Assembly: GCA_016748015.1 (NCBI GenBank)
Contig: JAAOMT010000563.1
Coordinates: 62,001-126,000 of the forward strand
Reading direction: 5' to 3'
DNA from: Geosiphon pyriformis uo1
Lineage: Eukaryota > Fungi > Glomeromycota
Length of the DNA: 64,000 nucleotides
Positions 10,966-29,670 of the stretch are shown in pieces (the stretch's first letter is position 1; the number at the start of each line of letters is the position of its first letter). The position numbers were made by a program, and so were the translations under genes. Below the pieces are notes generated by a model, which did no database searches, had not been told where the DNA came from, and saw only the letters and a program-made list of their open reading frames with translations.

Positions 10966-13900
10966 CTATTCCGTTAAGTTTCTGGTTTGCGATGATGGCT
11001 GCTGTTTTAGTTGCTGTCAATGGGTGAAGAGAATAAAGAAAAAGAATGAACTTGATGAAAAATTAATAAATCAAGATTAGGGTAGAAATTTAATTGGCAC
11101 AGTATTCTACGACACTTATATCGTGATTGGTTTAACAGTATTGATTTTTTATATCGAGTTGAGCGTATTTTGGAAATATTGTAAAGTTCTCGAAGAATAG
11201 TGCGTTAAAGTTCTTACCCCAAGACAAAGATTAGGTGACAACTTACCTGTTGCCTCCAGGCATGCGCAGTTGCCAAAAATTTGAGATTGGGTAGCTGAGT
11301 TTGATCATCAGGGAATATATAATCAAAGTATTCTTCCCAAGCTACACCAGCTTGCCCTTCAGTTTCGTCTAGTTTTCTTCGTTTCTTCACCACCTGCGGC
11401 ATTTTACCTACAACAACAGACAAAGTTTCTGGCGAGCCTTGATTTTTTTCGAAGTCCTTCCATGATTCGAGGAGAAGAACACGCTAGCAATTTAAATGTT
11501 TTTTTTTATAGATATATACAAGATTCAATTGATGATATCTTCTTGTATTTAAAAGTAAATAAGAGACATACCTCCTCCTTTAATTCTTTTTCTTTCAAAC
11601 TTTTATATGCATCTTCAAAAACTTTTCTTGCTCTTATTATGGATGCCTTTCGATCATCGTCAGCATTCAATTCGAATTGGGCAAAACTAATCCATACTTT
11701 AACATGACCAGTTTTTCTTAGAAGGCGTTCATACAAACTCCGGGTTTTATCAAATTCCTCCTCTGTGAATTCAAAGTCAATGTATGCTTTCCAAAGGAAC
11801 TCGGGCATATCAAGCACCGGTTGATCAACGGCCAGCTCAAAGATTGCTCGACACCTGTCATAGTCGCCCAGCATGCGCTCTAACTCTGCAAACTTGATCC
11901 ATGCATAACAGTTAGCAGGATTATGCTCCAAATATTTTGTATATAAAGTTCGACAACGATCGAATTCGCGAAGCTACAAAAGAACTGTGTTAATTCATTT
12001 TCTGTGAAAGATTTCTTCATTATATTTACTACATACTTGCAACTCTAATTCAATATATCCTTTAAAGAGCCTATCCTTTGGGCACATACCTCAAATACAA
12101 AGCTCAGTAAATGTTATTGAGGATGATTAAAGACTCACAATAATCTAACGCATTTACAACTTGCCCTTACCTATAGCTTTTCCCAAAGTTAAACGTGCTG
12201 TCTGTAAATCTAGTCTTCGTATCTCAAATTGGGCATATAGTAGCCAAATCTTTGCAAAGGTAAATTTTTTGTGGGGTATCAGACCAAGGCATTCAGTATA
12301 GATTTGCTTCGTTCGATCCAAGTCCTTAGGAGGTTATTGATTTTTTAGATAATATCAGCTGCAAACAATCAACGTGACCAACCAACCAACCAACCTTGGT
12401 GACAAGTTCTTCGAATAAAGCGTAGTTGATCCACAAATATATATACCGCCGCCAAAACCGCTTCTCTTTGGTGGGAGGCACCTGTGCAATAGCACGCTCA
12501 TAAACCTCACGTACTTTTTCAATATCCTCGGCGTTCTCTTCCAGTCGAGCGTAATCAAACCATATATCATAATTTTTTGGGTTAGCTTTCAATTCCTATA
12601 ATAGATGGGTTTAAGAACTAGAAATATTGGAATAAACTAAATTTCACTTATAGTAACCTCTTCATATTGTAGACGACGTTTTCCTACTACGACATCTTCA
12701 ATTCCCTGTTTATCCCCATATTGTTTTTCAAAATGGGTATAAGCATTATATAAAGCTTCGGACTTTGAACGTGGTAGCTTTTCCAAAGCGTATTTGTAGA
12801 TAACACGCGATCTCTCGAACTAGCAAAATTTCATATAAAATAAATCATCGATAAGGGTCATGAAACTTAATATCATATGATCAACCAGAAATTTTTCCTA
12901 CCTCTTTTGATCTTGTCTCAAATTTTGCGAAGGCAATAAAAATTTTTTGTTCCATATGATCTTCCCCCAACATTTCTATAGCCTGACTAAAAATCTCTCT
13001 GCATTTTTCTAATATGAACAGACAACATGATTAACGATAGATAAAAGGAAAAGCCCATTTTACTTATCATTATCTTACAAAGAATATAGATCACCTAAAT
13101 TATTTTGTTCTTCTTCAAATTTGATCCACTTCAGCCAATTTTTCGACTGAGGATGAACATTCACAAATCGCTCATATATAGCTCTTGCTCTATCTATTTC
13201 ATTATACCGCCTTTCCATTTTTATATAAGCGTTCCACGCAGACTCATCGGGTTCCCATTGCATCCAGCGCTCAAATATTTGCCGTGCTCCTGCAACATTC
13301 CCAAGCATCTCTTCCATATAAGTATATTTAAACCTAATAGAAATTGATTGAATAAATAACTGAAATTTGTTACCATGCCAAAATTAAAGTCTTTTGTATT
13401 TTTATCAAATACCAGAATTGATCCACTCGAGGAAGTAATGTTACAGCGCGATCGAACAGATTTCTTGCGTGATTAATATTCCGATTCTTCATTTCCATTT
13501 CAGAATATTTAATATACACAGTGATATTGCGGGAATCAACATCCAAGGCTCGTTCATAGATTGAGCGCGCTCTTTGAAAGTAAAAGATATGAGGAAAGAA
13601 AATATCTATGCTGTCATTAAAGGCGATCAGGATAAAACTATTTTCACCTGTCCAATTCTTTCTGGCTTTCTTCCCAAGCCGCATATTTCAGCCAGCTTCC
13701 GACATTTAACCTATTTCTTCGAATAGAATCTTCAAACTCTTTTCGTTTTCGTAATCTATATTCAGAAAGTTCTTCTAGATCGGATATTTTTTGACGCGGA
13801 GCTTGCTTGGCAGTTTCTTGTCGCTCCTTTGCTTCGCGAAGAATTTGTTCGGCTGTGATTTGAATTGGAGCCGGATTTTTATTTTTAATCTGGCAGGATA

Positions 13901-14024
13901 AGATACATATATATGTCAAAATAAAGGCAATTCAGAAGTGCGGCGTCCAAAGTGATCAACAAGAGCCTACTTTTGGGGGACCACGCTGTTGTTTGTATAA
14001 ATTGGGCACTTGTGATGGATCCAT
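10966..14024 (-). CDS. CLF1: Crooked-neck/Clf1 (Syf3) HAT-repeat NTC splicing factor (multi-exon)
   Basis: [81 protein letters not shown] and [15 protein letters not shown] at 14024; the last exon (11013-10966) is tentative. Confidence 0.95.
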
Positions 14025-14443
14025 TTTAATATACGTTTACCAAGATACAAATTATAGATAATTAAAAGCCCAAACTTGTTTTAAAGGATGGTTTTGTTAT
14101 ATAGCACAACACGTTCTCAATTACCAAAATTGTTCGAATCGCTTTATCTTTGAAGATCTTAGAACTCGTTGTGATTGGATTCCGGCTGGTAGGATCCTGT
14201 TTTTAATGAAAGTGAGTCACTGATCTAAGGTGAAAATTTCAGAACGAGTCAAGCATGTTTAAACGATACGAAATGCAAATGGTTGCCAAAGGTTTTGAAA
14301 ATCTTAATATTTGAACATTTGAAAACGAGTTTTCATATCTTCTACCACAAGAACCTAGATTTTGCCACTCAAATAAAAATTTTGGTTAAATCGCAAAAAA
14401 ATAGACTTGTTTTTAAAGTACTGAACACACGTCAGTTACCCTG

Positions 14444-15114
14444 ATGGGAGACAAAGAAAATTCTAATTTCGATGGGAGTATATGTAACAACTTGACCTTT
14501 TTCAAAGGTATGGGAAAATAATACCTGTATTTTTATAAGAAATCTGAAATTTATCGTTACAATATATAATCAATATTTTACAACTAACAACTTTTAATTC
14601 AAAGATTTAATGAAAGAATATAGGAAAATAGACGACAATATCATGATTCGACTAAACACTACAGATACGCATTCTGTAACTTCCTGTGAGGATTTATTTA
14701 AACAATTGGCTGGGGCTTATACGAAACGAGAAAAGGCCATCAAGTCATGTTTAAAGGTAGTTTTTTTGATTCAAGGTTTAATTCCCAAAAAGTTGACTCA
14801 GATCTGCCATTTATACTTTCTTCAGATTTTGGACGAAGAATTATCACAAAAACTGAAGGCCCTCGAAGACGATCCTTTTGATAGTGTTATAAAGAGCCAG
14901 GTGTTTGTTAGCGAATCAAAGGTAAATAAAGTCATTTTTCTCGATTCCTTATATAACCCGATATCCTAAATATTATTTTCGTCAGCGGCGAATGATTGCT
15001 AACGAGATGTCGGTTGAGGAAATTGTACGTGAACGAAGCCTGAATGTTTTCAAAAATAAATGTCGAATATTCAAGATACCGCCTGATTTTCAAGAATTTA
15101 TTGATAGAACTTGA
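14444..15114 (+). CDS. MIX23: Mitochondrial IMS protein Mix23 / CCDC58 / Cid2 family (3 introns)
   Basis: Spliced sequence includes CNNLTFFK|DLMKEYRKIDDNIMIRLNT, C..LFKQL...Y.KREKAIKSC and NEMSVEEIVRERSLNVFKNKC. It lies head-to-head with CLF1, about 420 bp apart. Confidence 0.85.
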
Positions 15115-15797
15115 TATAAACTAGATCTGAGTGGAAAAACGCAAGGCTTTTTGTTTTTTCATCATTAAAATTATTTTTCGGAATTGGGAATTTATTTGAC
15201 CAAATAAATATTTTGTGCAAATTCAAAGATTCCTCTCAGAGGGGCAATATTCCAAAAAAAGGGAAACTACCAAGAAACACAAGTATGCGGAGAAGAAATC
15301 ATTTGGTAACTAATGACTACATCATTCCGAATTTAATCCGGAAAATCCCTAACCAAATCCCTCCATTCCTTTTTTTGGTATTTGCTCAACTTGTGCCACA
15401 CAAAAGATTTAAACGTTATCAACCAAAGATTACGAGCAATCTTCCCACGTTATCAAACAATTCAAGGTGACTTGTGAGGAAAGTTGCATAAAGCTATTAC
15501 ATTAACGAGACATTTACAAATGCTAAATCTGCAAAGGAACAATAAGGTCGTGTAAATGTACAAAACCCTGCCTTGCATGGTATAATCCTTTCCGATCATT
15601 CGTTATGGCGACGACTTTTCAGTATACTTGCTGATATGACGAATAGCCTTTTCTCTATAAACTTTTGATCATCCAATTACACCATATTCTCTTATATATT
15701 TACTATATAACCGTAAGTCAAAAACCTAGAACTTTCACTTAACCGCGTATTTTCATAAAAATAAACAAGAATTTTATAGTCATATAAAAGTATTGGT

Positions 15798-16956
15798 ATG
15801 TCTATTAAACCTGAACACCTTTCTTTTGTTGAGGATCAAACGATTGCCAAAGTATTAGCCGAGAAACAAATTATACAGTCTCTTATTGAACTCCCAGTGA
15901 GTGCAACGATCGAAGAGGCCTTTGACCTTTTGTTGGCTGAGAATATTTTGAGTGTACCAGTTTATCGGATATGGAAGAATCACCGAGAACCAATAGCTTT
16001 AGTCAGCGCCTTTGACCTGGTCACTTTTGTATGTCTACAGGTGAGAAATAAAACTACTGAGACACAGCAAAAGAAGTATGTTCGATAAAATCAGTGGTTG
16101 GTGTTAATTTTATCTATAATAAAATGCAAATCAATCAAATTATAATTTATAGCCGATATTTGATGATTTAAACGGCCCGATCAGCGATCAAGATGAATTC
16201 AATGGGAAATCCGTCTTTTTACAAAAATCTATCGGAGAACTCATCGGTCTCACTCCAGAAAGCACCCATCTTACTATACGTCACCCAGACGATAGTCTTC
16301 ACGATCTTATAACACTCTTTACTCGACATAAAGTTCATCGAGTTCTTGTGACTGAACAACAGCCAACTGGGGATGAAGATATTCGCGAAGTTATCAACGC
16401 AGACCTGGTTCAACCTTGCTTCATATCACAAACTGATGTGGTCCGATTTCTTTTAAAACATAATCACAAGCTTGGCAAGGTTCTGGATTTACCAGCTTCA
16501 ATGGTAGCTGGCCGTGCAACTCGGTTACAACCACTCAATATTGAACGCCAACACTTAATCAATAGACCTTCATCAATTACTATTCACGATCAAGCTTTGG
16601 CGGCATTTCGAAAAATATACCAAGATGGGGTGAATGCAGTGGCCATTGTTAATGATGATGGTGTTCTTGTGGGAGAAGTCTCAGCAGCGGATCTTCGTGG
16701 ATTGAATCGTGAAAGATTAAGTGATTTAAAAAAACCGGTGATCATATTTCTGGATTTATGTAAAGGAGGATTGATAAAGCCACATACATGCCGTCCTCGA
16801 TTCACTTTGAGCCAAGTTATGTCTGGAATAATGCTGAAAAAAACTCATCGTGCTTGGGTGGTGGATGAAGATGATGTCCCTATTGGAGTTATTACTCTTA
16901 GCGATATTCTGAGCATGTTTTTACCTGACACAGCTGATGATTGGTATCATGCTTAA
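15798..16956 (+). CDS. CBS-domain (Bateman) protein, AMPK-gamma/Sds23-like; one intron ~16041-16152
   Basis: Four CBS-like repeats: EEAFDLLLAENILSVPV, HKVHRVLV...ISQTDVVRFL, GVNAVAIVNDDGVLVGEVSAADLRG and HRAWVVDEDDVPIGVITLSDIL. Confidence 0.85.
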
Positions 16957-17741
16957 AATTGGGAACCTTTATGACATGTACCGATAATATGCGTTAGGGA
17001 AAACTTTTTGAGGGTTATATTTTAGAAGGAAATAGATATTTGATTTGCTTTTCTTTTTGCATTCATTTATATTCTTGCTATCAATTTTGTATATATAAGT
17101 TATATTTAGCTTTCAACAGATTATTGAGAATTTTGAATAAACCAAAATGTGCTTTGGAATGAAATAAATTTTCCAAATATGAATGGTTGAAGAATGTTCG
17201 AGGCTCAGCCCGCTGAATACATCATCTCTATCAATTATATTGGAACATTTAAGTATCTGTTATTTTGATCGTCTTGAATTCAAAAGTAATTTTTTAAAAT
17301 AATCGGATTCGTACATTATAGGGTACGCAGCAAAACTGACGGGAATTTTCAAGTTCTCCGGGATTTGAAAATTTTCTAGGCCTATCCTCTTTAAACCGCA
17401 GAACATCAAATATCTATTGGTACACGGACGCGCTATAACATTAAAGTTGAAGCGGAGTTTACAATCTGTCTTACAATTTTAAAAAAGTATCATTCCATCA
17501 TTGATTATAAACTCAGACTGTGCAAATGCGATTAGCGATTAGAAAATCGTATAATTTTAATAAATTTGAGAAAGAAATATTACACAAACTAACTACTTAA
17601 AGTAAAGACTAAAACGTCTTCATTTTCCATGATATATAAACTTGGGGGATTTTTTATTATTATAGGCTAGCGGGAATTCAAACCAAGTCACCTATTTCAC
17701 TTTTTTTCATTTTATACTGACCGGAAAGGACATTAGCTAAA

Positions 17742-21509
<3,768 letters not shown>

Positions 21510-22190
21510 GAGAAGGGTGATTTCAGCGTCTCGGAAGGCGTTGAATTGAATTTGACCGGGTGTTTACCTTGGGTATGAAAGTTAGTAATTTATATAAAGA
21601 GGTCTCAAAAAGCCGGAAAGGTTACGCACGATTCCTTATTGTAATTTGCTAGTACTTCTAGGATAAGGGTTAACATATATTATATAGTACGGTACGCGTT
21701 CATAGAGATTAGTTTCCCATTCCATTCAATTCACCTATTTTTTTTACTTTTTACAATTTTTGTGGACAAATTTAGACTGAGAACAACATCATAATTTTCA
21801 CTCACACACCATCACCAATTTTTTCCCTTGTAATAAAACCCTCGAAATTCCCAATCAAATTTTTTGTGGAAATAAAATTAAATGAAGCAATGAATCGGAA
21901 GTAAAAAAAATGTTATCACTCTAATTTTCAGGCCATCATTGAAATCAGTACATAAATATATCACGCCTTACTTTGATCCCAGAATACCGTGGGTTATATT
22001 ACATTCAAACATTACATAATTAATGCTTATATGGATTTCAACCAAAAGTCTCATTTATAGTACATTGAAATTGGAGAAGCAGGTATTATAACATTAGACA
22101 AGAGATTATTCTTTTTATCTATATCTCAAAGTGCCAACTATTGATGTGTCTATTAAATTAAAGAGGCTGAATTCTTTCTTTCTGCAATGA

Positions 22191-23321
22191 TTATAACAAT
22201 AGGTTGGAGATTATGGTAGTTATAAATAAAACAGAAATAAAGGAAAGAGGTAATAGCGAAGTTGCAAGGGAGCTTGCAGCAGTACCATCCTTGCTAGCAC
22301 TATCACTAGCACTGTTACTTGAATCTTGCGGACTGTCCGAGGTGCTGCCTTTGGTAGTCGTTGATGATGAAGTGGTATTAGAAGCTTTAATATTTGCCAC
22401 ATTTCCAGAAAGAGTTTGATAAGGATTTTGGTCACCGAGACAAGAGGCGATAGTTTGAGGCCGGTAACCAGCTTTTTTAATTATAGGAACAATAATTGGT
22501 ACAGCATTAACAGCAATTCTATGAATATCATGTTCAAGAGAACAAACACCACGTCCAGAATTAGGTGTTTGCATCCAATTTGTGAGATTAGAGACAATCC
22601 AATCAGGATTGAATTTTGTTCCACTTGCAGCGGAGAAGTCACCACTATCGAAACTCCAGCCGACTATAATATATCCTAACAATTTCATAATGGCGCGAAC
22701 CCGATTATCAATATCACCCTGAGGAGGACGCATATATTTGGGAACGATACCAGTCGAATCTTTGATGATTTTTTCGGTCCAAAGCATTTCAGCAATAATT
22801 TCTTCGTTGGTTTGAGTGGTTAAGGGAGTATGAGACCAAGTGTGAACACCGATCTGATGTCCAAGTTGTAAAGTTTTGTTCAGAGTGGCCGGAAATTCGA
22901 CCACACGTGATCCAACAATAAAGAATGTTGCTTTGATTTGAAGAGTATCAAGTATCTTCAAGAGATTTCCGGTTTCTGATGAGGCCGGACCATCATCAAA
23001 AGTAAGGCCCCAATCATTTTTATTCGGGCAAAAGAAAACATCATCTTTTGATTCACAATGATCACAACTCCAGGCACAGTTCGGATTGCTTGCGCCTTTT
23101 GGTGGGCAGTCACTTATAGATTTTCTTACTGGAATATTTGGAATTTGGGTCATATCAATTTTACGGAACCAAGGTTGATTAATTGGTGGTGGAGCATCCA
23201 TTGGTGGCCACCCTGTTAATTGCGCTTGCTTGCTTCCAGGAATAGAAACAGCAGGGGGATCGGCAGCCATCGCCGTAACAGTCAAACTAAGAAAAGCTAA
23301 AAACAGATGGTTCAACTTCAT
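22191..23321 (-). CDS. Secreted, probably GPI-anchored CE4 (NodB) chitin/polysaccharide deacetylase; intronless
   Basis: Signal peptide MKLNHLFLAFLSLTVTAMA, CE4 motifs TFDDGP, HTWSH, RPPQG, DSGDF and LEHD, a Ser/Thr-rich stalk and a hydrophobic C-terminal tail. The first ATG is at 23321; the ORF track starts at an upstream GTG. Confidence 0.92.
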   Translation of the reverse strand: MKLNHLFLAFLSLTVTAMAADPPAVSIPGSKQAQLTGWPPMDAPPPINQPWFRKIDMTQIPNIPVRKSISDCPPKGASNPNCAWSCDHCESKDDVFFCPNKNDWGLTFDDGPASSETGNLLKILDTLQIKATFFIVGSRVVEFPATLNKTLQLGHQIGVHTWSHTPLTTQTNEEIIAEMLWTEKIIKDSTGIVPKYMRPPQGDIDNRVRAIMKLLGYIIVGWSFDSGDFSAASGTKFNPDWIVSNLTNWMQTPNSGRGVCSLEHDIHRIAVNAVPIIVPIIKKAGYRPQTIASCLGDQNPYQTLSGNVANIKASNTTSSSTTTKGSTSDSPQDSSNSASDSASKDGTAASSLATSLLPLSFISVLFITTIISNLLL

Positions 23322-23554
23322 TTTCACGAATGAAAGGTTGGTTTTGAGGAGATTGAAAACTATGAATTTTCCTTTTTTCTATAAAGGTAATATTCCCAAT
23401 TAGTGAGTGAGTGAGGCTCCCAGGTGATGAATGAAATCAGCGGTTTTTAAGGTTGCAATTTCACTTGACAAGTAAGATTTGGACCAGCCACTTGAGCAAG
23501 AGTTTTAGGAGAGAAGTGAGAAGAGGGTGGTGGGATTTAAGTGAGAGAGCGTTA

Positions 23555-23636
23555 GGAAAGGAAAGGAAAGGAAAGGAAAGGAAAGAGAAGGGAAGAGAAG
23601 GGAGCGGAAAGAGAATGGAGTGGGAAGAAAGGAAGG
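23555..23636. repeat. (GGAAA)n / polypurine tract upstream of the deacetylase
   Basis: ggaaaggaaaggaaaggaaaggaaag... followed by an almost purely purine run. Confidence 0.8.
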
Positions 23637-23989
23637 AGTCAATGATTGAAAGGACTGAAAAGGATGGAGTATAAATGAACAAACCACTTGAAATGAGAAA
23701 ATCATTTTTTTATATAGATGAATCTTAGCTGCTGCATGCTAATAATTATTTTCGTTTTTCCGGTAATACATTGTACACAAATTTGGAACCACATTTAATC
23801 ACGGTTAGGCCGAACACGCATTTATAATTTATATTTTGTTTGTGACAAAAGGATTTATTTTAGTCACTGATCAATTGTTTATTATTTTGGTTGACGAACC
23901 AAATTTTGATGACATAAGAGTTTAGATTTTCAATAAATGAAATACGTTATTGGTGTTGAAAAAAAAAAATTTTGTCAAACAATTTTCAA

Positions 23990-25175
23990 ATGACTTCTTT
24001 ACCCGATAACAAAAATAATGCGAAAGATCCAACCATACGTCCTCTGAAAAAATTTCAAAATTATGTCGATTACGATTTTTCTAAAATGCGTGATTCTCAT
24101 GGGGGGTTTTTATTTGACGAAGAGGAAAATGTGACGGGAGGCAAGCAAAAGAAACGAAAATGGCAACCTGTTTTTCAAGAGGATCCAAGAAATGGTAAAT
24201 TCATGTTGGTTGAAAATTTTTCAGGAGAAAAATTTAGTCTTTTTTTACACTAGATTTAAGTATGGATATATCAAAAAATCCTAAATGTAACGAGTGTAAA
24301 GAATCAGTTGACCTTGATTACCAAATTAAAGAAAATTTCGGTGTATTGGTCTGCATTGAATGTAGAAAAAGTCACACAGATAAATATAGTTTGTTGACAA
24401 AAACCGAGGCAAAGGAGGTAAGTAATTAGAGCAAAAGACACTTATAAGCTTTGAAGTAAAAAATTTTTAGTTACTAATTATTTTACATTGGTATATGTAG
24501 GATTATCTGTTGACTGATTGTAAGTTTTTCTCTCAATATATTTAGGATTAGTTGGCTAGTTTATTTTAAAAAGATTTTTATTGTTGCAATTTTACACAGC
24601 TGAACTTCGAGATAGCGAGGTATTGCCTCATTGGTTAAAACCTAATCCTCGTAAAGCGACCTGGAATAGCATGATGCTATACCTTCGGATGCAAGTAAGT
24701 CTTCCATATTAAATTAAATAATTTTACTTTACAATTATTCCCAATCGAAAAAAGTTGAATATCACTAAATAACATCAATCGTGTACTATATTCGAACTTA
24801 AAAAATCAAGGTCGAGGAGTTTGCATTTAAAAAATGGGGTGGTGAGGAAGGTCTCGATAAGGAATATGAACGACGAGTAGCAGATAAACAGAAAAAAAAA
24901 GAAAAACAGTTTAAAAAGAAAATCTCTGGTGAGATTTTTTCAAGATTTTTATTAAAAAATATTCTTCATAATATCTTTTTATTACATTACATTACATTAA
25001 ATTATATCATTTTAAAGATCTAAGAAAACGTACCCGAACTGACGAAGTTGAAAGAAGCAGATCAAGTAGTATTCATAAGCATGATTGGGGTGACTCTGTA
25101 CTGAATCCTGAAACAGAAATATCTACGCAAACTTGTAACACTTGTGGTTTGAAGATTGAAGTTGTTGAGTTTTGA
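23990..25175 (+). CDS. RAD14: XPA/Rad14 nucleotide-excision-repair damage-binding protein (5 introns)
   Basis: YVDYDFSKMRDSHGGFL, zinc finger CNEC...CIEC, KYSLLTKTEAKE|DYLLTD, KPNPRKATWNSMMLYLRMQ|VEEFAFKKWGGEEGLDKEYERR and the C-terminal HKHDW...CNTCG. Stop TGA 25173-25175. Confidence 0.92.
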
Positions 25176-25719
25176 TTTTATTCAATGTTTTTGATTCTTG
25201 ATTTTCCTTTAAAAATATTTGTATATATATACATATATATATATATCATTTAAATGCAAGTTTTTCCGGTTATTAATACTAATAATCTAAATGAATTGAG
25301 AGTGATATTGTGGATTATCACTTTTTATAATCAAAAACAATGAATTCTGTGAAGACTTTTATTCTTTATCAGAGACTCTTTGGAAAACATTAATTTTCGG
25401 AGAGCATAAACAAAAAATGTCTTTTCTCAAATTTTCTTCCGGGAATTTTAAAAAGAAGATAATAAAAAAATAGATATAATTTTAATTAATTTGTAGCATT
25501 TAAAGATAATGTTTTTAATTTTAATTAAATACAAAAAAATAAAAGTTTTAATATGATTAATAAAAAATATTTACACTTTTATTGATTTTTGGATCAATTC
25601 AAAAACCAAACCAAACCAAATTTGAATTTCAATGTAAAAACATTAATTTTTGATATATTAATAATTAAATGGTATTAAATAATAATTTCGAAGCTTTTTT
25701 AAAAATTTTACTTTTTAAC

Positions 25720-25725
25720 AATAAC

Positions 25726-25765
<40 letters not shown>

Positions 25766-25951
25766 TATTAATGTAAAAATGTGATAAAAATAATTATTGT
25801 TTACATAAATTATAAATAATTATATCTTTTAAATAAAATATTATTTAAATATTTTTAAATAGATAAATTTATCTGGGTGGTTAGTTACCGTCTAAAAAGC
25901 GCACTATCCTCTTTTACTTTAGAATATGTATACGATTGATTTATATACATC

Positions 25952-26031
<80 letters not shown>

Positions 26032-26053
26032 TAATAATAATAATAATAATAAT
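25720..26053. repeat. (AAT)n microsatellites (two tracts, ~25720-25764 and ~25955-26053)
   Basis: Long runs of aat triplets seen directly. Confidence 0.9.
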
Positions 26054-26287
26054 TGTATTCAACTCATTTATGATAATAAAGCAATTTAAAAAATAAAATA
26101 AAGTCTAAATACTTTTATCATATTAAAACTTTAAAATAAAATTTTTTAAATAAATACTACTTTATTTTATTGAAGGTAAATAAAGTATATTTGAAAATTC
26201 CAATAAAAGAAAGTTAGTATATTAATTTACATAATAGGAAAAATCAATGAATTAACCGATTATCACTTATAATTTATATAAATTAAC

Positions 26288-27934
<1,647 letters not shown>

Positions 27935-27963
27935 NNNNNNNNNNNNNNNNNNNNNNNNNNNNN

Positions 27964-28333
27964 TTTTGACGAGAAAACATTTGTATCATCCAAGTAGACA
28001 ACAACGGATTGCCACAGAATTCCGGAGTAAATTACGTCCATTAGTCTTTGGAATGTCGCGGGAGCGTTTGTTAATCCAAATGGCATTACATTGAACTCAT
28101 AATTGCCATTTTGTGTTGTGAATACTGTTTTATGCCTGTCTTTTGGGTCCATTTCCACTTGCCAGTACTCACTGGTCAAGTCCAGTGTAGAAAACCATTT
28201 TGCTCCTCCAAAAACGTCGAAGATTTCGTCAATTAATGGTATTGGGTATGAGTCTTTGGTTGTTTTGCTGTTTAGTTTGCGATAGTCAATGCAAAATCTA
28301 ATTTTTCCGTTCTTTTTCCTTACTAAAACAACT
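27964..28333 (-). mobile_element. Ty3/Gypsy reverse-transcriptase fragment isolated between two N gaps
   Basis: RFCIDYRKLN...DSYPIPLIDEI...FSTLDL...YWQV...NVMPFGLTNAPATFQRLM...VVVYLDD, flanked by N runs at 27935-27963 and 28334-28589. Confidence 0.85.
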
Positions 28334-28712
28334 NNNNNNNNNNNNNNNNNNNNNNNNNNNNNNNNNNNNNNNNNNNNNNNNNNNNNNNNNNNNNNNNNNN
28401 NNNNNNNNNNNNNNNNNNNNNNNNNNNNNNNNNNNNNNNNNNNNNNNNNNNNNNNNNNNNNNNNNNNNNNNNNNNNNNNNNNNNNNNNNNNNNNNNNNNN
28501 NNNNNNNNNNNNNNNNNNNNNNNNNNNNNNNNNNNNNNNNNNNNNNNNNNNNNNNNNNNNNNNNNNNNNNNNNNNNNNNNNNNNNNNNNAAATAACTATA
28601 TATTTGTTATTGTGATTTGTTTAACATTAAAATAGAAAAGTTTTATTAACGGACGCTTTTCAACCGTAAACTTTCGAATCTCAATATGTTAAATTCAAAC
28701 TTAAAGTGAATG

Positions 28713-28743
<31 letters not shown>

Positions 28744-29197
28744 TAGAATTAAAGATTCAAAAATAAAATTAATGATTTAAGCATTACACTACAATTTAAT
28801 AAAATGATATTTGAATTTTCAGTGAAAAATCTTTTAAACACAAAAAATACAATATGTAGAAAATATTGTTTAATTTTTATCTCAAAAAAAAACCCCCCCA
28901 ATTTGAAATATATATGAAATTTGATAAAAATAAAAAACCAGGTGTATTAATTATTCATATATATTTTATTATACCTTTGTTAAAATATATATACATGATT
29001 TCTTAAATAACATATTATTTGCAATTAATTTAAATAATTAAAATATTTTTTTTAAGTTGGTAATATAATGTTACATAAATTGATTTTAAGTTAAAGAAAT
29101 TTTTATTTAAAATTTTTTTCAAAAATCTAAAATATGTATACATTTATTTATCTATAAACAATTATTTTTATTATAATATTTGAAATAACAACTTAAA

Positions 29198-29200
<3 letters not shown>

Positions 29201-29255
<55 letters not shown>
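29201..29255. repeat. (TTA)n microsatellite
   Basis: Run of tta triplets seen directly. Confidence 0.9.
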
Positions 29256-29256
<1 letters not shown>

Positions 29257-29670
29257 AGTAAGATTTAATTAATATTTAGTATAATACAATAAACCAAGTT
29301 TTTTAAAATAGATATATCTTATGTACTTATTACATATAACTAACTATTTAAGTTAATTAAAACTGTATTATATATTTATATTAATCATAATACTATTACT
29401 AAAACCAAAAAAACAAACAAACAAAGCAAATACAAACCAAAATTTATATTATAAGTCTTATTAATATTAAATAACTATATATATTAATAAATAAAACAGT
29501 TAATAAATTAAAAGAAAAAAAACACAATATTATCTTTTTTTACCAAATTATATTTATTTATATTAACTTAATATTTAAATTTATTAAGCCAAATTCTATT
29601 TTTGTGTCTAATTACTAAATTTTATATAAATTTAATATTGTAAATTTATTATTATTATATAATTAGCCAC

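Noticed and set aside
9900-11100. Telomerase RNA, RNase P/MRP, SRP or snRNA identity for the structured island
   Set aside because: I found no extended CCCTAA-type template (only a single TTAGGG near 11077, inside the CLF1 intron) and no recognisable P4 CR-I/CR-V pair, SRP helix 8 or snRNA 5' motif by eye. A covariance search is still needed to exclude divergent forms.
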